From Giardia intestinalis (Eukaryota): a stretch of DNA of 64,000 nt. Below are positions 11,801-20,121 of this stretch, in pieces. Where the stretch lies: assembly GCA_000002435.2 (NCBI GenBank), contig CM018791.1, one strand, 5' to 3'. Under the pieces are notes generated by a model that was given only the letters and a program-made list of their open reading frames with translations, searched no databases and was not told the origin of the DNA. Numbering within the stretch: position 1 is the stretch's first letter; each line of letters opens with the position of its first letter. The position numbers were made by a program, and so were the translations under genes.

Positions 11801-13545
11801 CCTTCTATAAAGTGTGAAAGGAGGGTGGGAAGCAGTGGAGGGTCTGCAAAAATACTCTTGTTAAGACGCATGGAAAGGATCACATCGTATCCAGGGTACC
11901 CAAATATAGAGTTAGAGCCTGCACTGGTAAAATTAGTTGTCTGAAATAGTGTGGGATACAGTTGGAAAGTGCTCTTGCAAAGAGACGAATCTAAAAATAG
12001 CGATCGAGCCTCATCAATAACCCTGAGGACGTGTTTCCATGTCCCTAGGGTTACATTATGGAGATAGTTGTAAAGCAAACCGCTCTTGGTGACCATCAGC
12101 AGGAGTGGAGACCCTGCAGAAACCCACGATGCAAGTGTATATTGCTCCACTGTCGATTGCTTTTGCCGATCGTTATGAGATAGCAGCATGTAAGAAGATA
12201 TCGAAGTGACGTACTCAGAAGGTATGAGATAAGCATGCGATTCAGATATGTGCGTCAGGAGCACGCGCAAACCAGTTGCAGCATCTGTGCAATTAATGAG
12301 TATGTCGCTAGAATGGAGAACATGCGCGACCACGGCAATGGCCGAAAGTAGAGTCAGACCATGAGATGGGTATGTCCCCGAAAACCCATAAGACTCTTTG
12401 AACTTCGGTGATTCATGCGTATCCTGATCGTAGAAAATACTTTGTTGAGAGTCCAGCATTTCAATTGTCCAAGGGTTCAAGTGGACACGCGGGGCTGCCC
12501 CGTGCAAAACAAGAAGCGTGTAGAAAAGCATTGCAACTTGCTGAAGAGTTGGAGTAGTAAGAAGTGCACACGCAGCATTGACGACTTCAACATAGTCAAT
12601 AGAGAGAGTTGTCTGGCTAAGCAATGAAAAAGGCGGAGCAACAACGTCCTCCCTAGGATCTCCATAAACAAACGGCGCGGCGAAGCGCTTGCTGTGTAAA
12701 GTATTTAACCTTTGCATTGCGTTCTGGGCACAAACAATCTGAGGTACTAGCCTGAAGATCATATTCCGCGAGATGGGCATCTGAACATCTGCTAAACCAT
12801 GGAGATAATCGGATGCATCTAGGTACAGCCCTAATAGTGGCTGCATCAAGCTATTCTCCTGGTATGAGATACCCAAGTTAACCACTCTGCTGTCATAAAG
12901 GGCTGAAGAAATGTTATCACCTTTAGCGTATGTCGCCACATTTCGTGTAAGCAAATGCGAGTCCAGTAGCCTGAGAGATGGTATAAGCCGGTGGTGCAAA
13001 ATACCAGCCAGGTATGCAGCTTGCACAAGAAAGTGAGCGGTTTCTTCGAAGATCTCTTGATTAGGAGACGCTATTGGTATCGCGATATCCACATACATTG
13101 TCGTAGACCCGGGGACATTGCCGCAAATACCATTAATCCACGGTGACACTACGCTAGGTGCCGAGACGGGATCTAGGGGGACACGCAGCTCACCAATAGC
13201 AGGATCCAGAGCATCCATACTAAATCCTGCCGGCACAAGAAAGGGATACTGCCGCAGAATGAAGATATCAACGGTGGTTGTCAAATCCTTGTTTGCTGGC
13301 AAATCTGCTTTTTTAGTGGTCAATACACTACCATCGGATGATGGCGATGCTGCGTTATTCATAATGACTCTTATTAGCTCGTTGGCAACTAACTGAATGC
13401 AGCGCTGACTATTGCGACTTGAGGAAGCACTGACTTGGATGCTGTCCATCAGAATGGCTACTTCCTCCCGGAGGACGTCAGTGCGAAGTAGCTCTGCATT
13501 CTGTCTGAGCTCCAACTGTTCTGCTGCTGTGGGGGCATCGGCCAT
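8839..13545 (-). CDS. large hypothetical protein (1568 aa) with a basic C-terminal tail
   Basis: Uninterrupted 4.7 kb ORF with ATG at 13545 after ttaattaaa. No recognisable motifs. Tail is KKKSKKVKKIKT. Confidence 0.6.
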   Translation of the reverse strand: MADAPTAAEQLELRQNAELLRTDVLREEVAILMDSIQVSASSSRNSQRCIQLVANELIRVIMNNAASPSSDGSVLTTKKADLPANKDLTTTVDIFILRQYPFLVPAGFSMDALDPAIGELRVPLDPVSAPSVVSPWINGICGNVPGSTTMYVDIAIPIASPNQEIFEETAHFLVQAAYLAGILHHRLIPSLRLLDSHLLTRNVATYAKGDNISSALYDSRVVNLGISYQENSLMQPLLGLYLDASDYLHGLADVQMPISRNMIFRLVPQIVCAQNAMQRLNTLHSKRFAAPFVYGDPREDVVAPPFSLLSQTTLSIDYVEVVNAACALLTTPTLQQVAMLFYTLLVLHGAAPRVHLNPWTIEMLDSQQSIFYDQDTHESPKFKESYGFSGTYPSHGLTLLSAIAVVAHVLHSSDILINCTDAATGLRVLLTHISESHAYLIPSEYVTSISSYMLLSHNDRQKQSTVEQYTLASWVSAGSPLLLMVTKSGLLYNYLHNVTLGTWKHVLRVIDEARSLFLDSSLCKSTFQLYPTLFQTTNFTSAGSNSIFGYPGYDVILSMRLNKSIFADPPLLPTLLSHFIEGIIFKALGHYANKVTDVSCVIHWGVHATCCYKNNLHTITPDMLRSCFNSTSNAELSGPLYDVSQPHILVLMKLAPSTLAQTGTAIHRGPSILSQKNDADLYSRLFDFSIDKEKMLDKRRFADGDMCVCTKWERGVSVEKQLHNILKGFVRHNFSHLIRKMYIRDSSGLVDVAYPNMSTTLLLSEMQVLSIACEHIQAALQAASLDCTDLPVNIVSIAMSDEYGRLSSVDSPAYILYLDKDPSHDQIPFNNRCITGTMILQNRDAWPKDPGAIACLKLLVMNMLMTHIQTKRPSLHSSAVLKAADVGYKTSIESYLVDNVAYTSYIPSDSKMYLRGSCLDIFMPIRHIDKQIYGKELPDFLAGSSAGGHRGVAFRFFIALPQDQSYYSSSSLRTYKIKEQYYNTIYNILPAHAAATRALSQQSAAYCLSVLLAKRWVNAHLVPTYSLTHLFIDSAENPVTSRIVTNLYKRLCEEKITKEEFLEMIQADDQEISDSEDDDAPPRLVKSAFTLAREEVSQSHTLVPPSARAYMGFMSEEAIELIVAFIFTQHTRDGKTFIASPLVGFRLFLAFLIESSRGLGPMEKEYDTFGFMRQWYYEGVNDPEYSTYCTTKGAGDSAESYSNFVMDIYRETMPGRGRQDHRSWKSAVSDDHSSKRKRNSFKYNYVSVTDVVVDHNVALGQGCLSNKEYELLYNTGNRIIAKNTKLYSSLKDTKVLYSSGVGKLSTDAMLSAAIPPVLLRTVYDPSGALFTSSIDKDLLKRLGSYALLSLRALDAYTVAESPVVHLQALFSTSIDHISAILEVDDVMHMTIRCDGEDREFAPVPSSVLANKAMVPRHWVSCATDSGSGCNDLLFFNSLRESLTEPPIGYNPVPLCMPIFARSLGSNARLHFDSQAATRVGLELAPSITQQEKLSTDSVEKHQLLYRVPDPDGNYIFSNELFIEGSLAETGRLFKLGVLTSDVVPVSEDSLEEKTNSKKKSKKVKKIKT

Positions 13546-13610
13546 TTTAATTAATTGATAAGGAAAAGAAGAGAGAATAGGAGGAGGGAAAGAAGAGAGA
13601 AAAGAAGAAG
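13546..13610. promoter_or_regulatory. 65-bp bidirectional promoter region containing a ~55-nt purine (GA) tract
   Basis: Lies between two divergent ATGs (13545 on -, 13611 on +). Sequence: ttaattaattgataaggaaaagaagagagaataggaggagggaaagaagagagaaaagaagaag. Confidence 0.45.
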
Positions 13611-14297
13611 ATGTCTGCTTTTCTTAAGGCTGTCTTTAACTGGACCATGGAGAACACGACAGATTACGGATCCGAGCCTCCGTCCATCGACCAGGATAAG
13701 ATGCAGTGGCTACGAACCGCCTGGGAGTCCTTTGTGGTGGACGGGGCGACTCTGCTGCGACGCGCCCTAACGATGCTAGAAAAAGGATCCCAAGACGATC
13801 AGGTTCTTGTTCTCAATCATTTGACAGAACTAGTGGAAGATATTGACAATGCTAATGTTCTGAAGCATCTAGGCGGCTGGGCTATTATCTTCAATCTAGC
13901 TGAGAGCTCCCCTTCTGCTGATGTGCGAAGGGCTGCTCTCCGCTCTCTAACTGCCGTGCTGCATAACAATGAACGGGGAGTCCAAGATGGACTGGACGAA
14001 GGCCTTGTACCGGTTCTTGATCGACTGCTTACTAATGTATCCACCGCTGGTACATCTAAGCAGCTGGTTGGGCTCATCAGCACTCTTACACAAAGCCCCC
14101 GTTTCGTTCTTGAATATGTGAAAGCACACCCACAGAACCCGAGCAATCTTATTGCCCTTTGCAAACAGCTTGATCCATCTTCTCCTCGCCTTGCTCACCT
14201 TCTCAGTACTCTCGTGGAACGGATGAGACTAGAGCCACCTTCTGACTACAAAGAATGGATCTCGAGATGGCTTGCCGAGGAACTGACCGATCAGTAG
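13611..14297 (+). CDS. Fes1/HspBP1-like Hsp70 nucleotide exchange factor (armadillo-type)
   Basis: N-terminus FLKAVFNWTM plus ELVEDIDNANVLKHLGGW and VRRAALRSLTAVLHNNERGVQ match the Fes1 N-domain signature (LLxWS ... ExLvExIDNANdlxklGG ... iRxxAaxvlgtxxQNNpxxQ). Confidence 0.7.
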   Translation: MSAFLKAVFNWTMENTTDYGSEPPSIDQDKMQWLRTAWESFVVDGATLLRRALTMLEKGSQDDQVLVLNHLTELVEDIDNANVLKHLGGWAIIFNLAESSPSADVRRAALRSLTAVLHNNERGVQDGLDEGLVPVLDRLLTNVSTAGTSKQLVGLISTLTQSPRFVLEYVKAHPQNPSNLIALCKQLDPSSPRLAHLLSTLVERMRLEPPSDYKEWISRWLAEELTDQ

Positions 14298-14334
14298 CGA
14301 CTATCCTGCGATGATTTACTAGAACATCGACATA

Positions 14335-15708
14335 TCAAACATAGAATGGCAGGAAATCCGCTCCAACGTAGCTCTGGAGAGGTACCGGAACCTTTATTCC
14401 TGTTGGAGTCTGATAATTTTCAACCAAGCAGCAAAGCGTTCTTTCTGTAGCACTTAGTGTGCTGTTTAGCAAGTGAACATACTTCTTGTCCTTCCCGTCC
14501 TGGTACTTGATGTCTAAGGAGCGGCTCTGATAGTCGGTACAATTACTGCAGGAAACTAATTCCCTGTACGTATTTGAACCCGGGAAGTAGGCCTCAAGGT
14601 CATATTTCATCGCTGCCGCATTGTTCAAGGCGCCAGAGACAATGATGACAACTCTGTAAGGGATCATAAGCGAGTCAAAGAATGCGCGACAGTTATCAAT
14701 CATGTATTCCATCATATCCCAGCTGTCCTCCTCCTTACACACGACAATCTGCTCAATCTTCTCAAACTGGTGTATGCGGAAAATTCCAAGGGTGTCATGC
14801 CCGTGCCTCCCGACCTCTTTACGGAAACAAGTGGACATTCCTGCATACCTGATGCACTCGAGGGTCTTCTTTTCCTGTTTCCCTGTTTTGATAGAGTTGT
14901 ACGTTAGCTCTGCTATCTGGCCTTGTTTTGAAAAGTTGATAATCTCCCCCATGTGGTATGCGCAAAGGGGCTGTTCGGAGGTTGCGATGAGGTATTTGTC
15001 ATTCCCCTCACCCGAGACCTTATACAGCTGCTCGTCGAAGTCCTCGAGCTGGCAGCAACATGACATCGCCTCTTGCTCCATGAAAAATGGCGTTTGCATA
15101 GCCTGGTATCCCCTGTCCGTAAGAAACTTAAGGGCATACTGGATGAGGGCCTGGTTGAGAAGCGCCCCGTACCCGGTCAGGAAATATCCTCTGTTGCCAG
15201 ATATCTTGACCCCTCTCGGGCAGTCCATCATTCGGCAATTGGTCATGAGAGTTACGTGGTTGAGGGTCTTTTCGACGCCATTGGGAGAAGGGTTGGCCCT
15301 AACGACAGCATCGTTAGTGTAAACGACCTTATTATTATCCTCATTATTGTCAACTACGACTGCGTCGCAGACGATGTTGCCTATGGTGTTCAGCACCGCA
15401 TTACGCTCGGCAAGCAACTGCCCGACTTCCTTCTTGACCCTTTCTGTCTCTTGCTTATTGGCGGCAATTTTCTTGGATAGCTCGTCGGTAGGGCTCTTTG
15501 CCTTCATCGCAGCACCAAAATCCTTGTTCAGCTGGTTAAGCTCTTTGCTTAGCTGACTGGCCTCATAGTCTTTAGAGACCCAGGCCTTGTCCAACTCTAT
15601 GACCTTGTCAACGATCTCAGTCGAGGCGTAGCGCCGTCTCTGAGACTCCTTGACTTTCTCAGGATTTCCACCCTTTGAAACACGGAAGAGGTTAATGTCC
15701 AGAACCAT
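14335..15708 (-). CDS. seryl-tRNA synthetase
   Basis: Starts MVLDINLFRVSKGGNPEKVKESQRRRY, the classic SerRS N-terminal coiled-coil start. Class II core motifs (FRKEVGRHGHDTLGIFRIHQFEKIEQ, GSNTYRELVSCSNCTDYQSRSL) are present. 457 aa. Confidence 0.9.
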   Translation of the reverse strand: MVLDINLFRVSKGGNPEKVKESQRRRYASTEIVDKVIELDKAWVSKDYEASQLSKELNQLNKDFGAAMKAKSPTDELSKKIAANKQETERVKKEVGQLLAERNAVLNTIGNIVCDAVVVDNNEDNNKVVYTNDAVVRANPSPNGVEKTLNHVTLMTNCRMMDCPRGVKISGNRGYFLTGYGALLNQALIQYALKFLTDRGYQAMQTPFFMEQEAMSCCCQLEDFDEQLYKVSGEGNDKYLIATSEQPLCAYHMGEIINFSKQGQIAELTYNSIKTGKQEKKTLECIRYAGMSTCFRKEVGRHGHDTLGIFRIHQFEKIEQIVVCKEEDSWDMMEYMIDNCRAFFDSLMIPYRVVIIVSGALNNAAAMKYDLEAYFPGSNTYRELVSCSNCTDYQSRSLDIKYQDGKDKKYVHLLNSTLSATERTLCCLVENYQTPTGIKVPVPLQSYVGADFLPFYV

Positions 15709-15813
15709 TTATTTCAGCACCTTGCTAAACTTTACAATTGCAATGGACATCTAAATGCCATTGAAAGAATTGGACCGTGTCTGAGCAAAATAACTGAAGA
15801 CTCTGGATAGTGT

Positions 15814-17364
15814 ATGCCCACAGAAGACATCGAGGACTTTAAGGCGACGCCAGTGAAGCTCAAGGAGGGCAGAAGCATCATCAACGATCCTAATATTCCG
15901 TCCGGTCACAAGTATCCCACGAGTGACAAACGTATGGATACGCTTCGCATGATGTACAAGGTTGGGTTCGGCCCATCCTCCTCTCACACGATGGGGCCGC
16001 GCTTTGCTGCTGAACGCTTTTTTAACGAAACCCCTGGAGCGTCATCCTACGTCTGCACACTGTATGGGTCTCTTGCTCAGACCGGTCGCGGCCACCTCAC
16101 GGATTCTGCAATAGCAGATGTCTTAAAGGGGTGCACGTTCAATTGGATGCCCACGAAGGAACTGCCACGGCACACCAATGGAATGGTGGTAGAGGCATAC
16201 GACGCGGAGAAGAACCTTATTCTTAAACGGGTATACTACTCCGTCGGTGGCGGAGCGTTGCAGGATGGTGACCTCAAAGATCTGGACAAGGTTAAGTGCG
16301 TCGGTGCTGTGACTATTGAGACTGCCATCATCACGTCTCACATGACTGACACGGATGAGAAATCTGGAATCCCCACGGCAGAAAAAAGCTCTCCCTATCA
16401 GGACTTCCCACACTTTTCAGACATTAAGAAATGGTGTTTTGCAAATGATAAGACCCTCTATGAGTTTGTCTACCAATTCGATGAACCTACCATCAAGGAC
16501 CATTTGGCATACTGTTGGAACGCCATGAAAGAAGCTGTCGAAAGAGGCCTTAAGAAGAGCCATCCAGTCGAAGCATCTGGCCATCTGAAATATCCTAGGA
16601 AAGCGTTTGCATATCTAGCGAAGGCAGAGCAGATAGGGCGATCTCCTGCTCAAGATAGACAAATTGTTCTTAGGAAGAAGTTCCTTAACCTTGCATATAC
16701 TCTTGCTGTATCAGAAGAGAATGGCAGCGCTAGTGGAAACGTAGTCACGGCCCCTACGTGTGGAGCTTGTGGAATAGTCCCTGGCTGCATGTACTACTTT
16801 TATAGCGAGTACAAAGTTCCTGATGACGTTATCCTTGATGCGCTTGCTGTGGGCGGGATAATTGGAAACATCGCTAAGTGCAACGGGTCTATCTCTGGTG
16901 CAGAGGCAGGATGCCAGGCTGAGGTCGGCGTTGCGACAGCTATGGCTGCGGCAGCGATATGCCATATACTAGACTATATTGATGTTAGAAATGGGAAAGA
17001 CCCCATGTCTAAAAGGGACATCGTTTCGTGTGAAGAAGTAGCGGCTGTCGGTGCTCTGCAGCACGCCCTTGGACTTACGTGCGACCCCGTGCTTGGCCTG
17101 GTTGTTGAGCCATGCATCGAACGTAATGGAGCGTATGCCCTTCGTGCACACTACGCAGCCACCATGAGTATGTCTAACGCCCATGACGAGCTTCTTAGCT
17201 GGGACGAGATAGTCCACACGATGGTTGTAACGGGCCACGATCTTCCGTTCGAGCTTCGAGAAAGTGCACAGGGTGGCCTTGCCCACTTCTATTGCCTCGA
17301 TGATGTCACAGATGGAGCAACGGTTAAGAGCAGCGCTGGTCCCAGCAACCTACTTACTATGTAA
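15814..17364 (+). CDS. L-serine dehydratase, iron-sulfur-dependent (fused beta+alpha, bacterial type)
   Basis: MYKVGFGPSSSHTMGP is the hallmark GPSSSHT motif of Fe-S L-serine dehydratases. SGAEAGCQAEVGVATAMAAAA matches the alpha-chain Cys motif. The conserved domain begins near the internal Met at about 15934, so the listed ATG at 15814 may add an N-terminal extension. Confidence 0.85.
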   Translation: MPTEDIEDFKATPVKLKEGRSIINDPNIPSGHKYPTSDKRMDTLRMMYKVGFGPSSSHTMGPRFAAERFFNETPGASSYVCTLYGSLAQTGRGHLTDSAIADVLKGCTFNWMPTKELPRHTNGMVVEAYDAEKNLILKRVYYSVGGGALQDGDLKDLDKVKCVGAVTIETAIITSHMTDTDEKSGIPTAEKSSPYQDFPHFSDIKKWCFANDKTLYEFVYQFDEPTIKDHLAYCWNAMKEAVERGLKKSHPVEASGHLKYPRKAFAYLAKAEQIGRSPAQDRQIVLRKKFLNLAYTLAVSEENGSASGNVVTAPTCGACGIVPGCMYYFYSEYKVPDDVILDALAVGGIIGNIAKCNGSISGAEAGCQAEVGVATAMAAAAICHILDYIDVRNGKDPMSKRDIVSCEEVAAVGALQHALGLTCDPVLGLVVEPCIERNGAYALRAHYAATMSMSNAHDELLSWDEIVHTMVVTGHDLPFELRESAQGGLAHFYCLDDVTDGATVKSSAGPSNLLTM

Positions 17365-17397
17365 ATTGGCCTTGCTCTGCTATTTAATTTACTGGTA

Positions 17398-19944
17398 TTA
17401 GAGCCCCTCCACGTCTCTATCGCTCATGAAGTCGCTCATGTTGTCCGGAACGTTGGGGTCAGCGTGATCGCGGTCCACCATGCCATGAGTCCGGAAGTTA
17501 TTAAGCTTTTGTGATAGCCTGGCATATACTTGACTGAGCTCATCGACCTCACTGCTGAGTTTGGTGCGTCGATGGATCTCCTCTTCCAGCTTCAACTTTA
17601 ACTCCTCGGACTTCCTATGTTTGTCTGCCAAATCACTGCGGAGGGATTCTATCTCTCTGCTGACCAAAAGGGCCGGCCTGTTTCCACCCTTGGTTTGAGC
17701 TACAACCATTCTTGCACGCCCAGCCTCTGCTAAGCTCCCACGAATGTTGACTCCTTGTTCAAGCTGGCTCAGAAGAGATGCTTGGAGCTTAGTTAGCCCT
17801 TGGAGCGTGAGATACATCTTATGGCACTCGTTTTCAAGAACGGCGAGCTCTCCATCGTTGTCTTTGTGCAAGTTTTTCTGAACATTCTCTAACAATGCAG
17901 TCTGCATTGCTAGCTTTCTCTGCCAAAGCAGAATCTGCTCTTCAACTTCCACAAGGCAGCCGGCCGCCTCTGCCTTTTCGTCCTTGAGAGATGTCAGCTT
18001 GGTCTCCATGCCTCGTATCAGCGTCTCCATTTGTTCTACAGAGGACAAAGCTTCTGTTTCTGCCACATAGTTGGCGCTGTTCAGCTTTTCTTCTTCGTTT
18101 ATAGCCGTCCCCAATTCTGAATTCAAGCGTTTAATGTCCTCGTGTACATGCTCAATTTCGCGCTGGATTGCCTTTACCTTCAGGTTAGCACCCTCTACCT
18201 CGTGTTCTATTTCTTGAAGCTTTCTTGAAAGGACGTCGCGCTGATCCTCTTTAAGGCTCAATAGCGCAAGCTCCTCATCTCTCTTCTTCTGACACAGAAC
18301 CAGCTCTGTTTGTGCTTTGAGCCACATAGACTGGCTATTCTTTACATCCTTAATGGCTTTACCAATCTCCTTCCCCAGATTGCTTAGCATGGCCTCCAAA
18401 GGACCATTATCACTTTCAGGGTTATTTCGCTGATGCTCCTCGAGCTTCCTATTTAGGCGTGTGATGGCAGATGATCGTTGCTCAATGCTGTTGCTATTCT
18501 TGTTTATCTGAATCTCATATGAAGAGACTAAGGCGTCTTTCTCGGCAACCTCTTTTTGAAGTGCATACTTGGCGTTTTTGAGTGTTTCCAGAGCAGTCTC
18601 TGCGGTGATGCTATCGAGCTCACACTTGCTGTATTCGTTGTTGGTTTTAGAAATGTCGCGTTCAAGCTTTTCAATACTCACCTTAAGAGACTTGAGCTTT
18701 GCGTTCAGAGCCATTAACTGTCTATTTCCAGACGTCTGTTCTGCGTTATCAACGAGGATATTCCCCTCCATTGTATTGATGGCCTGCTGTTTTCCATCAT
18801 TTTTGAGAGACAGATCTGAGGAGTCTTTTACAACGTTTGCAATGGCTTGCTCCAACTTTCTCAGCGTCTCAGAAGCCTTTTGGAGAGAGTTGTTTAATGT
18901 GTCATATTTTATACTAAGCTTAGCAAGCTGGTTGTTACGTATGTTGTCAATTTTAGCCAAACAAAATTGGCGAACGGCATTCTTTGCCCTTGTCTGGTCA
19001 TTGAGTGACAAAATGTTATCCCTAACCTTCTGTATTTCTTTGCGCGTGTTCACTAAGCCAGCCCGTAGCGCCGCTCTCTCGGAGTCAGCCTCCGAAAGCT
19101 TCTCCTCCTCTATCGTACGGATATTAGCGCTACGCTTCTCGATGGCATTAAGAGTGAGCTCCCACTGAAGACGGAGATTAGCGATGTCTGCCTCTATAGT
19201 CTCCATCTGCTTGTACGCCTCCTTAAGGATCTCATTTGCCTGTGAGGTAGTTGCCTTTTGAGTGTCTAATTGCTTGGCCAGGTAGGTTTCTTCATCTTGC
19301 AGACGCTTTAACTCGTCTGTCAAGTCTGCAATATATTGATCTTGCTGCTCCTTCAACCGCTCTAGAGCCTTGATTTGCTCCTCTGCCCGGTATACCGAGC
19401 GCTTACGGACTGCCGCATCTGAGCGGAGGGCCTCATTCTTCGTTGCCAATTCTATAACTTGCATAGCTATAGCTTGGTTGTCCTCACGGGTCTTTTCTTC
19501 CATTTGAAGCAATATGTTGAGCTGGCTCTCGCTATCGTGAAGCCGTTCAGAGACTACCTTGCTTGCTTCTTGCATCTTCATGCGTTTGCTAACAGTCTCA
19601 GCATGCTCCATCTCTAATTTCTCAATCCGACTCTGAGTCTCAGAAAGCTGTCTCTGATAGGTGTATAATTCAACACCAGTCGCCTCGTGCGCTTTTTCTA
19701 ACTGTGCTTTGATGCGCTTCAGCTCTCTTCTCGTTTCGTTTGCGCTGTTTAGCTCTTTTGTAACCTGATCTAGCAGCCGCTTCTGAATGGGAGCTAGTAA
19801 AGGATGGTCCGGTGCTAAGAGCATTTGACTATTGTCGTCCAGAAGAACAACGTCTTCGGGCTGCATATCGAGATCCATGAGGCTTATATTTAAATTTCCA
19901 GAATTCAATGCCATAGTACACGTTCTAGTGACTGAGTCCAGCAT
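17398..19944 (-). CDS. coiled-coil protein (848 aa), likely cytoskeletal/flagellar
   Basis: Heptad-rich and E/K/L/Q-rich throughout. ATG at 19944; an alternative in-frame ATG lies at 19914. Confidence 0.6.
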   Translation of the reverse strand: MLDSVTRTCTMALNSGNLNISLMDLDMQPEDVVLLDDNSQMLLAPDHPLLAPIQKRLLDQVTKELNSANETRRELKRIKAQLEKAHEATGVELYTYQRQLSETQSRIEKLEMEHAETVSKRMKMQEASKVVSERLHDSESQLNILLQMEEKTREDNQAIAMQVIELATKNEALRSDAAVRKRSVYRAEEQIKALERLKEQQDQYIADLTDELKRLQDEETYLAKQLDTQKATTSQANEILKEAYKQMETIEADIANLRLQWELTLNAIEKRSANIRTIEEEKLSEADSERAALRAGLVNTRKEIQKVRDNILSLNDQTRAKNAVRQFCLAKIDNIRNNQLAKLSIKYDTLNNSLQKASETLRKLEQAIANVVKDSSDLSLKNDGKQQAINTMEGNILVDNAEQTSGNRQLMALNAKLKSLKVSIEKLERDISKTNNEYSKCELDSITAETALETLKNAKYALQKEVAEKDALVSSYEIQINKNSNSIEQRSSAITRLNRKLEEHQRNNPESDNGPLEAMLSNLGKEIGKAIKDVKNSQSMWLKAQTELVLCQKKRDEELALLSLKEDQRDVLSRKLQEIEHEVEGANLKVKAIQREIEHVHEDIKRLNSELGTAINEEEKLNSANYVAETEALSSVEQMETLIRGMETKLTSLKDEKAEAAGCLVEVEEQILLWQRKLAMQTALLENVQKNLHKDNDGELAVLENECHKMYLTLQGLTKLQASLLSQLEQGVNIRGSLAEAGRARMVVAQTKGGNRPALLVSREIESLRSDLADKHRKSEELKLKLEEEIHRRTKLSSEVDELSQVYARLSQKLNNFRTHGMVDRDHADPNVPDNMSDFMSDRDVEGL

Positions 19945-20121
19945 ATGCTTTATTCCGTCCCGCGAGTGTGTATCGCGTGTGTCTGTCTTGATTAATATCT
20001 ATGTTCACAATGTTGAAGTGGATCTATAGATACAGTTTCATCTTAAATGGATGGAAGAATAAGCGTTGAGTCAAGTGTTTGGATCGTTACCGCAGCGCTC
20101 CCTGCACCTTTCTCTTGCAGA

